A stretch of DNA of 32,000 nt from Bacillus subtilis subsp. subtilis str. 168 (GTDB lineage Bacteria; Bacillota; Bacilli; Bacillales; Bacillaceae). The position numbers and the translations under genes are program-made. The notes beneath the pieces are model-generated. The model was given only the letters and a program-made list of their open reading frames with translations. It was not told the origin of the DNA and did no database searches. The stretch spans positions 1,560,001 to 1,592,000 of the forward strand of contig NC_000964.3 in the NCBI RefSeq assembly GCF_000009045.1, in the 5' to 3' direction. Each line of letters starts with the position of its first letter. The stretch's first letter is position 1. Below are positions 31,540-32,000 of this stretch, one piece after another.

Positions 31540-32000
31540 ATGCGAATTGCAATAAGCGGAGGCGGTACAGGGGGACATATTTATCCTGCTCTTGCTTTTA
31601 TTAAAGAAGTGCAAAGACGTCATCCTAATGTGGAATTTTTATATATCGGAACAGAAAACGGGCTGGAGAAAAAAATTGTTGAGCGGGAGAATATACCGTT
31701 TCGTTCAATTGAAATTACAGGATTTAAAAGAAAATTGTCATTTGAAAATGTCAAGACTGTGATGCGTTTTCTGAAGGGCGTCAAAAAGAGTAAATCGTAT
31801 TTAGCGGAATTTAAGCCCGATGCCGTAATTGGAACGGGCGGTTATGTATGTGGGCCGGTTGTCTATGCCGCTGCGAAAATGGGAATTCCGACTATTGTCC
31901 ACGAACAAAACAGCCTGCCGGGCATCACGAATAAGTTTCTTTCAAAATATGTTAATAAAGTAGCGATTTGTTTTGAAGAAGCGAAATCACATTTTCCTAG
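31540..32000 (+). CDS. murG: Undecaprenyl-diphospho-muramoylpentapeptide beta-N-acetylglucosaminyltransferase, N-terminal part (truncated at window end)
   Basis: ATG at 31540 after GGGGG; [29 protein letters not shown]...[14 protein letters not shown]. Absent from the track because it runs off the edge. Confidence 0.97.
   Translation, partial: MRIAISGGGTGGHIYPALAFIKEVQRRHPNVEFLYIGTENGLEKKIVERENIPFRSIEITGFKRKLSFENVKTVMRFLKGVKKSKSYLAEFKPDAVIGTGGYVCGPVVYAAAKMGIPTIVHEQNSLPGITNKFLSKYVNKVAICFEEAKSHFP

Overview
The window is a contiguous stretch of Bacillus chromosome. Protein sequences and gene order match, from memory and with no search run, the B. subtilis-group ctaB-ctaG / ylbA-ylbQ / bshC / mraZ-murG locus. 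It holds, in order: the 3' end of ctaB; ctaCDEF and ctaG (caa3 cytochrome oxidase and assembly); the ylb block (ylbA, ylbB, ylbC, ylbD, ylbE, ricF/ylbF, ylbG, rsmD, coaD, ylbJ, ylbK, ylbL, tmcAL/ylbM, ylbN, rpmF, gerR, ylbP, panE); bshC; and the start of the division/cell-wall (dcw) cluster (mraZ, rsmH, ftsL, pbpB, spoVD, murE, mraY, murD, spoVE, 5' part of murG). I see no mobile elements, phage genes, CRISPR arrays, tRNA/rRNA genes or defence systems, and nothing I would call a previously undescribed multigene system. The best second-look items are small and mostly non-coding: (1) three 10-bp-phased GTGGNG repeats just upstream of mraZ, a plausible MraZ operator; (2) an unexplained ~280 bp ylbG-rsmD gap with a short ORF behind a strong Shine-Dalgarno; (3) convergent gene pairs whose stop codons lie in or beside shared terminator stems; (4) hairpins around spoVE without U-tracts; (5) an inverted repeat upstream of panE. 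The supplied ORF track labels the ylbM/tmcAL ORF as '+', but the nucleotide sequence shows it is on '-'.
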